Shown: piece after piece, positions 37,855 through 47,773 of the stretch | How the letters are laid out: each line of letters starts with the position of its first letter | Numbering within the stretch: position 1 is the stretch's first letter | Assembly: GCA_037189525.1 (NCBI GenBank) | Contig: JBBCJC010000001.1 | Location: 160,001-224,000 of the forward strand | DNA: 64,000 nt | DNA from: Gemmatimonadales bacterium | GTDB lineage: Bacteria > Gemmatimonadota > Gemmatimonadetes > Gemmatimonadales > GWC2-71-9 | Direction: 5' to 3' | Notes under the pieces: generated by a model | Databases searched by the model: none | What the model was told of the DNA's origin: nothing | What the model saw: the letters and a program-made list of their open reading frames with translations, nothing else | Made by a program: the position numbers and the translations under genes

Positions 37855-39130
37855 TCTGGTCCAGCGGGCCCTCCGGATCGCGCCGCGGGTTACGGTCGAG
37901 CCGCAGCAGAACAGGCTCTGGGCGGATCTCCGGAGCCTCGACCCGTTGGTGATCGGACGCAAGCTCCTGGCAGCTGCGCACCGAGGCGGCCAGACCGGCG
38001 CGCGGGTCGGGACGGCCGCGACGCCGATCGCCGCCGAGGTCGCGGCGCGGTGCGGCGCGGGGCATCAGGCGACCCGGCTCGATCTCCCGGGACTCACTCT
38101 GGTTGCATCGGGCCTCGACCGGTCGTTTCTCGCTGCGTTTCCAGTTGCCGCGCTGCTGCCGGATCAGACCCTCGCGTCCCTGCTGGACGGCGTCGGGATC
38201 GAGCGCTGCGGCGATCTCGCGGCGCTCGACCTCCAATCGGTCGAGGTTCGGCTCGGCATCGACGGGATCCGACTCTGGAAGCTGGCACGCGCCGACGACC
38301 CGCGTCTCATCTTCGGCGCACGTCGTTCAGAACGTCCCTTTGCCGAACTCGAATGGATCGATTACGAACTCGCAGCCGAGGCACAGGCATTGTTCGTGGT
38401 CAACGGGCTGCTGAACTCGGTCTGCGACGAGCTGATCCGCCGTTCGGAAGGTGCGCATCTCATGGAGTTGACCTTCCACCTGGCGGACCGGAGCCGAGTG
38501 ACGTTGCCGATCCGGGTCTCCTCCCCCACGGCAGACCGGGCCACTTGGGTACGCGTCATCCGGGTCACGCTCGAGCCCCTGACGCTCGGCGCCCCAATCA
38601 CCCGCATCGGCCTCGAGGTCAAAGCCTCCGTCGCCGTCGGTCATCGGCAGGGAGACCTTTTCGATGCCGGCTTTGCCACGGCGCGCTCCGCGGATGCGGC
38701 CCTGGCCCACCTGCTCGACCAGCAGGGCGATGCCGTGGTCACCCCTCGGCGCACCGAGCATCCCCTGCCGGAGCGCCGGATTGCCTGGCTACCGGACCTG
38801 AGCGGTCAGGTGGCCGAGCCGGACACCGGGCACCTCTCGCTCTCCGGCACCATCACACCGCGTCTGACGCTTCAACAGCCGACCGCCATGCAACGGGTCG
38901 AGGTCACCCTCACCACACGGCGCGAGGCGCTGCTGCCGACCGGATATCGCGACAATCGGGTCTACCATGAGTTTATGACGACGGTAGGTCCGGATCGGAT
39001 CTCGGGCGGGTTCGGCGCCGAACGATTCGAGCGCGACTACTACACCGGCATCCGTGGCGACGGCGTCATGGTCCTCCTCTATCGGAATCTGGCCGTGGAC
39101 GAGTGGATCCTGGCCGGATGGTGGGACTGA
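37796..39130 (+). CDS. imuB: ImuB inactive Y-family polymerase
   Basis: MSFACLW, LLDGVGIERCGDL, clamp-binding QGDLF, GPDRISGG...RDYY. Confidence 0.85.
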   Translation: MSFACLWTPRWPTDAASSADLVQRALRIAPRVTVEPQQNRLWADLRSLDPLVIGRKLLAAAHRGGQTGARVGTAATPIAAEVAARCGAGHQATRLDLPGLTLVASGLDRSFLAAFPVAALLPDQTLASLLDGVGIERCGDLAALDLQSVEVRLGIDGIRLWKLARADDPRLIFGARRSERPFAELEWIDYELAAEAQALFVVNGLLNSVCDELIRRSEGAHLMELTFHLADRSRVTLPIRVSSPTADRATWVRVIRVTLEPLTLGAPITRIGLEVKASVAVGHRQGDLFDAGFATARSADAALAHLLDQQGDAVVTPRRTEHPLPERRIAWLPDLSGQVAEPDTGHLSLSGTITPRLTLQQPTAMQRVEVTLTTRREALLPTGYRDNRVYHEFMTTVGPDRISGGFGAERFERDYYTGIRGDGVMVLLYRNLAVDEWILAGWWD

Positions 39131-39136
39131 AGCGGT

Positions 39137-42100
39137 ATGACGGCCCCATTCGTCGAATTGCGCGCCCTGTCCGCCTACTCCTTCGGTGACGGGGCGGTTG
39201 CTCCAGACACCCTGGTCGAGCGTGCTAAGGCGCTCGGTTACCATGCGCTGGGTCTGACGGACCGGGCCGACCTGGGCGGCATCGTCAAGTTTCAGATGGC
39301 CTGCAAAGCTGCCGGGATCACACCGGTCGTCGGCGCGGAGCTTCTGGTCGACGGCTATCCACTCGCGTTCCTGGTGCGGAGTGCGGCCGGCTTCAACAAT
39401 CTGGCTGCGCTGATTACCCTGGCGCGGGTTGGTCCGATCGAGACGTGGGACCCCAACACCGCCACGCGAGGCCGCCCGCGCGTCAGCTGGGAAGACGTGG
39501 CCGAGCGAAATGAGGGTCTGCATCTCCTCACCGGACCACCGTCAGGTGCGCTGGCCCAGGCTCTCCGCGAACGGCGATTCGATCGGGCCGACCACCTGCT
39601 GGCCAGCTACCGATCGGCATTCGGCGACCGGGTGGCGATCGAAGTGCACTTCCATGCAGCCGGACGCTCGGAGGCTGCGCTGGCGGGTGCGCTCGTGACT
39701 CTGGCGTATCAGCGCGGGGTGCCCTGGTTTCCTACGACTAATCCTCGCTACGTCGATGAAGGATCTCGTCTGCTTCACGACGCCCTCACGGCGCTCCGCC
39801 ACGACACCACCGTGGCCGAGGCAACGGAGCGAGGTCTGTTACATCCCAACGGAGAGTGGAGTCTCGCGGATCCGACGGTGATGGCAGCTCGACTGCACGG
39901 GGCCGAAGCCGGCCTGGACACGACGCTCCGCCTTGCCCGGGAGTGTGCGTTCGATCACAAATGGATCCGGCCTCCGCTCCCGAAGTTCGAAACGCCCGAG
40001 GGTCACGACGACGACTCCTGGCTGAGGCATTTGGTCTTCGAGGGAGCCACCAAGCGCTGGGAGGAGGATCTGAACGACACTCATCGTAACCAGCTCGAGC
40101 ACGAGCTGGCGATCATCACCAAACTCGGATACTCGGGATTTTTCCTCGTGATGTGGGACGCGGTGCGTGAAGCCCATGAGCGGGGCATCCTGGCGCAAGG
40201 GCGCGGCAGTGCCGCCAACTCCGCGGTGGCCTACTGTCTCGGCATCACCGCCATCGACCCGGTGCGACACGGGCTGCTCTTCGAGCGATTCCTCTCGGAT
40301 GCACGCGTCGGCGGCGAAACCGAAGCGCCGGACATCGACGTCGACTTCGAGCACGAGCGCCGGGAAGAGATCCTGAACTACATCTACGACAAATATCGCC
40401 GTCCTCGAGCGGCACTCACGGGTGTCACCCAGCTCTACAGCGCCTGCACCGCCATTCAAGATGCGATGCGCGCCTACGGCTATCCTGCGGAGCTTGCGTT
40501 TCGGCTCTCGAAACGGCTGCGGCGAGCGGATTGTGTGAGAGGGGTAGAAAAACTTCGGGAAGGACTGGCCGCCGAACAGGGATTCGAGCTGAGTGAGCCG
40601 CGCGCGGAAGCCGTTCTCGCCACCATGGCCGCCTGCCAGGATCTCCCCAGGCTGCGTTCGACTCACCCTGGCGGATTCGTCCTGTCCTCGGCCCCGCTCG
40701 GGAACTATCTCCCGATCGAGAGCACCTCGATGGGGCGCACCATCGTCCAGTTCGACAAAGACGACCTGGACCATCTCGGCATTCCAAAGTTCGACTTCCT
40801 GGGGCTCGGCGCGCTGACGGTGGTCCGAAGGGCGTTTCGAGCCGTCAAGGAACGTACCGGACACCACCTCGAGATGTACGATCTGGAAACGGACGATGCC
40901 GAAACGTACGCTCTGATTAGCAAGGGTGAAACGCTCGGCACCTTTCAGATCGAGAGCCGGGCGCAGATTGCCTCGATCCTGCACACCAAGCCAGAGCGCC
41001 TCTATGACATCGTGGTCCAGATTGCCCTGATCCGTCCCGGGCCGATCCAGGCCCGGTTCGTCGGACCATATACCCGGCGGCGACGGGGGCAGGAAGTCGT
41101 GACCTATCTCCACCCCAAACTCGAGCCCATCCTCGAGCGGACCCAGGGTATCCCGATCTTTCAGGAACAGGCCATGAATATCGCCATCGCGCTGGCGGGA
41201 TATTCCGCCGCGGAGGCCGACCTGCTCCGCCGTACCATGGGACATATCCGCAAGCGACCCAAGCTCGAAGCGGCCTTGGAAGAGCTGCGCCGCCGACTCA
41301 TCCAGAACGGCATTGCCGAAGATATCGCCGAGCAGATTCGGGAAGACCTGACCAGCTTTGCCAACTATGGATTTCCGGAGTCGCACTCCTGGAGCTTTGC
41401 GCTGATTGCCTATGCAACGGCATATCTCAAACGCCACTACCCGGCCGAACTGCTGCTGGGACTCCTCAATGCCCAGCCGATGGGTTTCTATCCCATTGCC
41501 ACCTTGATTCATGACGCCAAGCGTCACGGGGTGCGCGTGGTGGGCCCGTGCCTTGCGCTGGGCTTCGCCGACTGTACGGTCGAAGGAACCGACTCGGACC
41601 ACTTCCTCCGCCTGGGCTGGCGATTCATCCGCGGCATCAAGACTCAGGCAGTCCACGCGCTGAGCGCTGCGCGTGCCAACGGCCCTTTCACCGGCATCGG
41701 CGATGTAATCCGTCGCGCCGGCATGACGCGCCGGGATGCGATTGCGCTGGCGCGGGCCGGCGCATTCGGGATCTGGGAATCCGATCGGCGAAAGGCGGCC
41801 TGGGAAGCGATTCGCCATGTGGGAGCACCGATGCCGCTCGCGCCGTCACATGCGGCGCCGCATCATCCGCGTGCTCTGGGCCGGACCGAACGGATCTTCC
41901 TCGATTACTTCGCCACGGGATCGAGCCTGGAGGGGCATCCGGTCGAGCACCTGCGCAGGAGGCTCGAGCAGGCCGGGGCGCTGAACAGCAAGGCACTGGG
42001 GCTGGCTGCGCACGGAACTGAGGTGCTAGTGGGAGGCATGGTCGTTACCCGCCAGCAGCCGGGCAGCGCCAAGGGGGTGCTCTTCGTCCTGCTCGAGGAC

Positions 42101-42295
42101 GAGCAGGGATTTCTCAACGTGATCGTCCGGAAAGAATTGGAACTGGCCTCACTGGAGGCCGCGCGGCATGCTCGCTTCCTGCTCGTGAGGGGTACGGTTC
42201 AGCGAGACGGAGAGGTGATCCATGTCATTGCCGAGCGGATCAAACAGATCCGGCCGAAACGGAGGCTGGCCTTCACTTCCCACGATTTCCACTGA
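39137..42295 (+). CDS. dnaE2: Error-prone DNA polymerase DnaE2
   Basis: GRGSAANS, PDIDVDFEH, KFDFLGLG, YGFPESH, C-terminal SHDFH; PHP metal ligands degenerate (ELRALS). Confidence 0.96.
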   Translation: MTAPFVELRALSAYSFGDGAVAPDTLVERAKALGYHALGLTDRADLGGIVKFQMACKAAGITPVVGAELLVDGYPLAFLVRSAAGFNNLAALITLARVGPIETWDPNTATRGRPRVSWEDVAERNEGLHLLTGPPSGALAQALRERRFDRADHLLASYRSAFGDRVAIEVHFHAAGRSEAALAGALVTLAYQRGVPWFPTTNPRYVDEGSRLLHDALTALRHDTTVAEATERGLLHPNGEWSLADPTVMAARLHGAEAGLDTTLRLARECAFDHKWIRPPLPKFETPEGHDDDSWLRHLVFEGATKRWEEDLNDTHRNQLEHELAIITKLGYSGFFLVMWDAVREAHERGILAQGRGSAANSAVAYCLGITAIDPVRHGLLFERFLSDARVGGETEAPDIDVDFEHERREEILNYIYDKYRRPRAALTGVTQLYSACTAIQDAMRAYGYPAELAFRLSKRLRRADCVRGVEKLREGLAAEQGFELSEPRAEAVLATMAACQDLPRLRSTHPGGFVLSSAPLGNYLPIESTSMGRTIVQFDKDDLDHLGIPKFDFLGLGALTVVRRAFRAVKERTGHHLEMYDLETDDAETYALISKGETLGTFQIESRAQIASILHTKPERLYDIVVQIALIRPGPIQARFVGPYTRRRRGQEVVTYLHPKLEPILERTQGIPIFQEQAMNIAIALAGYSAAEADLLRRTMGHIRKRPKLEAALEELRRRLIQNGIAEDIAEQIREDLTSFANYGFPESHSWSFALIAYATAYLKRHYPAELLLGLLNAQPMGFYPIATLIHDAKRHGVRVVGPCLALGFADCTVEGTDSDHFLRLGWRFIRGIKTQAVHALSAARANGPFTGIGDVIRRAGMTRRDAIALARAGAFGIWESDRRKAAWEAIRHVGAPMPLAPSHAAPHHPRALGRTERIFLDYFATGSSLEGHPVEHLRRRLEQAGALNSKALGLAAHGTEVLVGGMVVTRQQPGSAKGVLFVLLEDEQGFLNVIVRKELELASLEAARHARFLLVRGTVQRDGEVIHVIAERIKQIRPKRRLAFTSHDFH

Positions 42296-42307
42296 GTCCT
42301 GATCCCG

Positions 42308-42946
42308 TCAGGGCAGTCCTCCCGAGGCCCGCACCGCGTCGGCATAGACTCGGGCAGCTGCTTCGATATCCGCCGCTCCGAAAATCCCCGAGACCACCGC
42401 AACGCCCACGCCGCCCGCAGCCATGACCGGCCACACATCCTCCGCCCGTACCGCACCGATCGCTACGCACGGCCTGCCCGCGGCCCGGCGTTGCAAATCG
42501 GCGAACCCCGTGGGGCCGAGCGCGGTGCCCGCGTCTGCCTTGGTGGTCGAGACCCGCCAGGGGCCAATGCCCCAGTAATCCGCTGCGAGCCCGCGCTCGA
42601 TTTCCGCTTCGACTCCGACCGAGGCTCCGATGATGAAGCCGGGCGGGATAATGGCCCGGGCGCGGATCGGTTCGATGTCGTCCGAGCCCAGGTGAACCCC
42701 ATGCGCACCTGCCGCCAGCGCCACATCGAGGCGATCATTGACCAGCACCGGGACATCGACCCGTGCCAGCAGGGCTCGGCACCGGTCGACCAATTCACGG
42801 GCCGAGGCGTGCTTGAGGCGGAGTTGGATCATGGTGGCGCCGCCGGATACCGCCGCTGCGCATGCCTCGACGAGATCGTGACCGGCCAGGACCGAATCGT
42901 CGGTCACGGCTACCAGGCGGAGGGAGGAGACGAGATCGGATCGCAT
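42308..42946 (-). CDS. thiE: Thiamine-phosphate synthase
   Basis: IQLRLK, VNDRLDVA, GVHLG, IIGAS, STTK. Confidence 0.93.
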   Translation of the reverse strand: MRSDLVSSLRLVAVTDDSVLAGHDLVEACAAAVSGGATMIQLRLKHASARELVDRCRALLARVDVPVLVNDRLDVALAAGAHGVHLGSDDIEPIRARAIIPPGFIIGASVGVEAEIERGLAADYWGIGPWRVSTTKADAGTALGPTGFADLQRRAAGRPCVAIGAVRAEDVWPVMAAGGVGVAVVSGIFGAADIEAAARVYADAVRASGGLP

Positions 42947-43071
42947 CCGTCAAAGATACCTGGATTCATGAGCGCCCCATGCCCGGACGTACATCCAGCC
43001 GCTGCCGCGCTACCAGCGCCATTGTGACATGGCCCACAGCCGGACATCAGCCCAACCGTTATCGTACGGGG

Positions 43072-44007
43072 ATGACCCTTCGTTCGATCCCGCCTGACTC
43101 GACAGGAATGAGCCGCTACCGGGTACAGCGGATCTCGGCCGCCATGGCTGTCTCACTGATATGCGGCGTGGTCCTGACCACGCCCGGGGCGGGTCAGGCA
43201 CCTCCCCCTCCATCGCAGCCTGGCCCCGCCGTGTGCGCATTCGACACGACGGATGCCACGATGACGATCCCAATCGTGATCTCGCTCGCCACCCCGCTGC
43301 GAGTCGACACCATCCCTCGAGCTCGGCAGCAAGCGACCGACTACCTCCAGGCACTCCTGGCACACTATCAGCCCCCGAGTGAATTCGACGTTCAGGTTCG
43401 GCCTGTCGTCACCATCGACCAGCTCGGCAACTCACCCGACAGCATCGGTCTCGGGCTGAGCGGGACGTTCTATCCTCCGATCGACGCCGGTCGACGACCC
43501 GCAGTCAACCTGGCGTTTCCCGCGCTCAGCGAGGCCCTGGTGGTTGCCGCGCATCGGCTCGCCAGCCAACAACCGATGCCGATCGATGCCTGGGTCGCCC
43601 ACTCGATGCCCAACCCGATCACCCTGTCGATCATCGTCACCGCGGGCACGCCCTCGCGCGGTATTCCGATCGCCCGATCGAGCATTCGCATCTACAAGGC
43701 GGACTCACTGGTGCAGCCGAGCCGCATGCACCGTCCGCGGTATCCCCGCGCCATGCAACGGCGCGGCGAGCATGCGCGAATGGAGGTGCAATACATCGTT
43801 CGCGAGAATGGGTGGGCGGACTCGCTCTCGCTCCGGATCGTCCATGTCAGCGTCGGCACCCGTCGGGCGGCGGACCCGGTGGCAACGGAATTTGCCAAAT
43901 CGGCAGCCGAGGCAATCCTCAAGAGCGAGTTTCGCCCCGCCCGGGTACGCGGATGCCCAGTACCGATGCTGGTCATGCAGCGAGTCAGCTTCACCATCGG
44001 CAATTGA
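43072..44007 (+). CDS. Secreted protein with C-terminal TonB_C-like domain (start uncertain)
   Basis: Hydrophobic leader, PRYPRAM...VQYIVRENG...FRPARVRGCPV...VSF. Confidence 0.65.
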   Translation: MTLRSIPPDSTGMSRYRVQRISAAMAVSLICGVVLTTPGAGQAPPPPSQPGPAVCAFDTTDATMTIPIVISLATPLRVDTIPRARQQATDYLQALLAHYQPPSEFDVQVRPVVTIDQLGNSPDSIGLGLSGTFYPPIDAGRRPAVNLAFPALSEALVVAAHRLASQQPMPIDAWVAHSMPNPITLSIIVTAGTPSRGIPIARSSIRIYKADSLVQPSRMHRPRYPRAMQRRGEHARMEVQYIVRENGWADSLSLRIVHVSVGTRRAADPVATEFAKSAAEAILKSEFRPARVRGCPVPMLVMQRVSFTIGN

Positions 44008-44277
44008 GCCGCGGCCTACCATCGCGGCATCCCACCGGACGTTATCGAAACCGAGCGGACCGCCTTTGCCCGAAGCCCGGATCGCGCCTCCCAGCGCGTC
44101 CCGATCAGCCCGACGACCCGGACTCGCCACTCCGGTATCGGGAGACCTTCCGCCAGCCCTATCGCTATATTTCCTGGTCTGCTGACGCCTGGCAACCAAG
44201 CAGACCGGCGCGCCATCGCGGCTATCGATCGGTGGAGCACCGCTCCCAGCATAATTGTGAACCCACAGGTGCGGACT

Positions 44278-44823
44278 ATGCGAGCTACGATTCTCCTGAC
44301 CCTGCTGGCCGCAGCACCGATTGCTGCGCAAAATCATCGTCATACCCCCGGAATGACACACGCAAACACCGAGGCGAAAGAAGGGGGGCAGAGCGCGTTT
44401 GCCGCTTTGGCGGAAGTGGTCCGCATCCTGGAGACCGACCCTCATACCGACTGGAGCAAGGTCAACCTCGAGGGGCTCAGACAGCACCTCCTCGACATGG
44501 ATGACGTCACGATGGGCAGTACGATCACGACCCGTACGATCCCCGCCGGCATCGAGGCGGACGTAACGGGAACCGGCCGCGCCGTGACCGCGATTCAGAG
44601 CATGCTGCGGAACCATGCGGAGTTCATGAACACCGGCTCGCCGTTTCGGGCGACGGTTACCCCCACCGCATCAGGCGCACGCATTGCCATTCGCGCCGCG
44701 AAACCAACCGACACCGCCACCGTCACGAAGCTGCGCGGCCTGGGTGTGATCGGCTGGCTGGCGTCGGATGCCCACCATGCGACGCACCACCTGGCGCTCG
44801 CCCGTGGTGAGATGACCCACTAG
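44278..44823 (+). CDS. Secreted His/Met-rich hypothetical protein
   Basis: Signal peptide, HRHTPGMTH, GQSAFAAL, LRQHLLDM, HHATHH. Confidence 0.75.
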   Translation: MRATILLTLLAAAPIAAQNHRHTPGMTHANTEAKEGGQSAFAALAEVVRILETDPHTDWSKVNLEGLRQHLLDMDDVTMGSTITTRTIPAGIEADVTGTGRAVTAIQSMLRNHAEFMNTGSPFRATVTPTASGARIAIRAAKPTDTATVTKLRGLGVIGWLASDAHHATHHLALARGEMTH

Positions 44824-44903
44824 CTCAGATCGTCGCAGGGCGAGCCAGGAAACCGGGCCCGCCCTCCCCTCGTATGGATCAGACTGATCCCTCGCGAGGA
44901 AAC

Positions 44904-45356
44904 ATGTTGCTCCGATCCGCATCAGCTGCACTCCTCGGCATCCTCATCCTCCCCACGCTGGCCCAGAGCCAGCAGGCGGACGACCGAGCTGCCGTCCATC
45001 GTGCCGTCCTCGACTATGTCGAAGGATTCTACGAGGGCGACAGCACCAAACTGATCCGCAGTGTACGCCCCGACGTCGTCAAGCAGGGCTTCTATGCCCC
45101 GGGCAATGCGCCGGCATACGAAGAAAGCGCCATGCCTTGGAACGAGTTTCTCGACTATGTGCGCAACGTGCGCACACGCCGAGCGTTCGCACCGCCGGAC
45201 GCGCCGAAAGAGATTGCGATCTACGACGTCCTCGACAAAACGGCCAGCGCCAAACTCACCGCGGCCTGGGGCACCGACTATCTCCTGCTGGCCAAGGACG
45301 GCAATCGCTGGATGATCCGGATGGTCCTCTGGCAGAGCCCGCCTCGAAAAGGGTAA
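44904..45356 (+). CDS. Secreted NTF2-fold (lumazine-binding-like) protein
   Basis: AVLDYVEGFYEGD, TASAKL...WGTDYLLLAK...W; GAGGA RBS. Confidence 0.85.
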   Translation: MLLRSASAALLGILILPTLAQSQQADDRAAVHRAVLDYVEGFYEGDSTKLIRSVRPDVVKQGFYAPGNAPAYEESAMPWNEFLDYVRNVRTRRAFAPPDAPKEIAIYDVLDKTASAKLTAAWGTDYLLLAKDGNRWMIRMVLWQSPPRKG

Positions 45357-45370
45357 CGGCAGACGCAGCA

Positions 45371-45414
45371 TGAGCCGGCCTTCAAGATTACTTGAGGCCG
45401 GCTTCATTTTTCTT
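45371..45414 (+). terminator. Intrinsic terminator
   Basis: GAGCCGGCCTTCAAG-ATTA-CTTGAGGCCGGCTTC followed by a T-tract. Confidence 0.7.
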
Positions 45415-45530
45415 CCTGCCAGGTTGGCTATTATAGGAAAGGCCGCCGTCACGGCGGCTGTGTTCCGATCACCGGAGCGCACAGCGGGGCGATCGTCGCC
45501 CTGCCCTGTACCAACCGCAAGGAGACCTCG

Positions 45531-46670
45531 ATGCGTCGACTTTCGACTCCCGGCCGCCTGGCGACTCTGCCGACCGACTACGAACCACCCTGCATTTCGC
45601 TCTACCAGCCGACCCATCGGCATCACCCGGACAATCAACAGGATCCGATCCGGTATCGAAATCTGTTGCGCGCCCTGGAGACCTCCTTACGCGACCGATA
45701 TCCGGACCGCGATGCGCGGAAACTGGTCGCACGCTTCGAAGCCCTGGCGCATGACACCCACTTCTGGAATCACCGGACCGACGGTCTGGCGATCCTGGCA
45801 TGGCTGCCGGACCACTTCGAGATTTTCGATCTGCAGCGGCCGGTGCGCGAACGGGTCGTCGTCGCCGACAGCTTCCATACCAAGCCGATGCTGCGCATCC
45901 TGCAGTCCGCCGACCGGTATCAGATCCTGAGTCTCAACCGGCACGAGGCCAAGCTCTACGAAGGCAATCGCGACGCGCTCGATCTGATTTCGCTCGACGG
46001 GGTGCCGCATACCATCACCGAGGCTCTCGGCGACAAGCTGACCGAACCGCATACGGCCGTGCGATCGTTCGGGGGCGGCAGCCAGGGAGCGGTCCATCAC
46101 GGGCACGGCCAGCGGAAAGACGAAGTCGACCTCGACACCGAGCGTTTCTTCCGCGCCATCGACCGGGTCATTCTCGAGAACTACTCCAAGCCTTCGGGGC
46201 TACCGCTGATCCTGGCGGCGCTACCTGAGCACCACACCGTATTCCGGGCCCTGAGCCACAACTCGGCGCTGATGCCACAGGGCATTACCATCAACCCCGA
46301 TGCGCTCGACCTCCAGCAGCTGCGGGCCGCCGCCTGGGACGTGATGGGTCCCCGCTATCTCGAGCGCCTGGCCCGTCTGATCGACGTGTATCAGGGCGCC
46401 AAGACCCGGGGACTGGCTACAGACGCGGTCGAGGATATCGCCCGCGCCACCGTTGCGGGCCGAGTCGACACGATGCTGGTCGAAGCGGATCGAATCATTC
46501 CGGGCGGGATCGACCGTACCACCGGAGAGATCACGACCGAGGATGTCGCGGTCGACGACGTGCTGGACGACCTGGCGGAGGCCGTTCTGCGGGCCAAGGG
46601 GGATGTAGTCGTCGTGCCAGCCGAGCGGATGCCTACCGATACGGGAGCTGCGGCGACGTATCGTTATTGA
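45531..46670 (+). CDS. Bacterial aeRF1/Pelota homologue (baeRF3-type, Balon-like)
   Basis: CISLYQPTHRHHP, DGLAI, VVADSFH, GRVDTMLVE, DDVLDDLAE...AAATYRY. Confidence 0.85.
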   Translation: MRRLSTPGRLATLPTDYEPPCISLYQPTHRHHPDNQQDPIRYRNLLRALETSLRDRYPDRDARKLVARFEALAHDTHFWNHRTDGLAILAWLPDHFEIFDLQRPVRERVVVADSFHTKPMLRILQSADRYQILSLNRHEAKLYEGNRDALDLISLDGVPHTITEALGDKLTEPHTAVRSFGGGSQGAVHHGHGQRKDEVDLDTERFFRAIDRVILENYSKPSGLPLILAALPEHHTVFRALSHNSALMPQGITINPDALDLQQLRAAAWDVMGPRYLERLARLIDVYQGAKTRGLATDAVEDIARATVAGRVDTMLVEADRIIPGGIDRTTGEITTEDVAVDDVLDDLAEAVLRAKGDVVVVPAERMPTDTGAAATYRY

Positions 46671-46685
46671 CCGGGGTACCGGCGC

Positions 46686-47771
46686 TCAGGCGCCGAGCAG
46701 TGCCTCTACCACTCGCATACCAGCCGCGCCGTCCCAACCTTCGGGGCGGCGCGGTTGGTGCGTTTCCCCTGCCTCGGCCAGGACATCCGCCACCGCGGCG
46801 GCAATGGCCGAGCGAGTCGAGGCCACCAGACGGTTGGTCCCTTCGGTCACGGTCACCGGCCGTTCGGTATTGGGGCGCGCAGTGAGGCACGGCACACCAA
46901 GCACTGTCGTTTCTTCCTGCAAGCCGCCCGAATCGGTCAGCACCATCCGGGCACCATCCACCAGACCGATCGTCTCCAGATAGCTGAGCGGCTCGAGCAG
47001 CCGCACCCGGGAATTGGTCGGTGCCACGCCAGCCTCGTGCATCCGCTGGCGCGTGCGCGGATGGACTGCGAAACACACGGGCATGGCGCCGGCGAGGTCG
47101 TCGAGCGCGCCAACCAGCTCACGCAGCACGGCGGGATCGTCGACGTTGGAGGGCCGATGCAACGTCACGACCGCGTACCCGCGCGGCGACAGCTCCCAGC
47201 GGTCAGGCACCTTCAGGGCACGAGCCGTATCGGCCAGGCGCAACAGCGTGTCGACCATGACGTTGCCGACAAACCGGATCCGCTCGGCGGGAATCCCTTC
47301 GGCCAGAAGGTTGGCATCCGCATCGCGGCTCGGCGTCAGGGCGAGGTCGGTCAGGCGATCGGTGAGCACCCGGTTGATTTCTTCGGGCATCGACCAATCG
47401 CCGCTGCGCAGCCCCGCTTCGACGTGCGCAATCCGGACGCCCTTCTTGGCCGCTACCAGCGCGCACGCCACGGTTGAGTTGACATCGCCGTAGACGACAA
47501 CCCAGTCGGGCCGGACCCGATCGAGCACGGGCTCGAAGGCCAACATGATCCGCGCCGTCTGCTCCGCATGGGTGCCGGACCCGACACCCAGGTTTTCATC
47601 GGGAGCCGGAAGGCCGAGATCGGAAAAAAACGTGTCGCTCATCGCGGCATCGTAGTGCTGGCCAGTATGCACCAGGCTCTGTGCTACGCCGTGATGGGCC
47701 CCGGCCATCAGCACGGGGGCAACCTTCATGAAATTGGGGCGGGCGCCAACGACGTGTAGCCAGGTGGGCAC
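46686..47771 (-). CDS. wecB: UDP-N-acetylglucosamine 2-epimerase (non-hydrolysing)
   Basis: GARPNFMK, HTGQHYD, HVEAGLRS, TDSGGLQEE, TERP. Confidence 0.96.
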   Translation of the reverse strand: MPTWLHVVGARPNFMKVAPVLMAGAHHGVAQSLVHTGQHYDAAMSDTFFSDLGLPAPDENLGVGSGTHAEQTARIMLAFEPVLDRVRPDWVVVYGDVNSTVACALVAAKKGVRIAHVEAGLRSGDWSMPEEINRVLTDRLTDLALTPSRDADANLLAEGIPAERIRFVGNVMVDTLLRLADTARALKVPDRWELSPRGYAVVTLHRPSNVDDPAVLRELVGALDDLAGAMPVCFAVHPRTRQRMHEAGVAPTNSRVRLLEPLSYLETIGLVDGARMVLTDSGGLQEETTVLGVPCLTARPNTERPVTVTEGTNRLVASTRSAIAAAVADVLAEAGETHQPRRPEGWDGAAGMRVVEALLGA

Positions 47772-47773
47772 GA

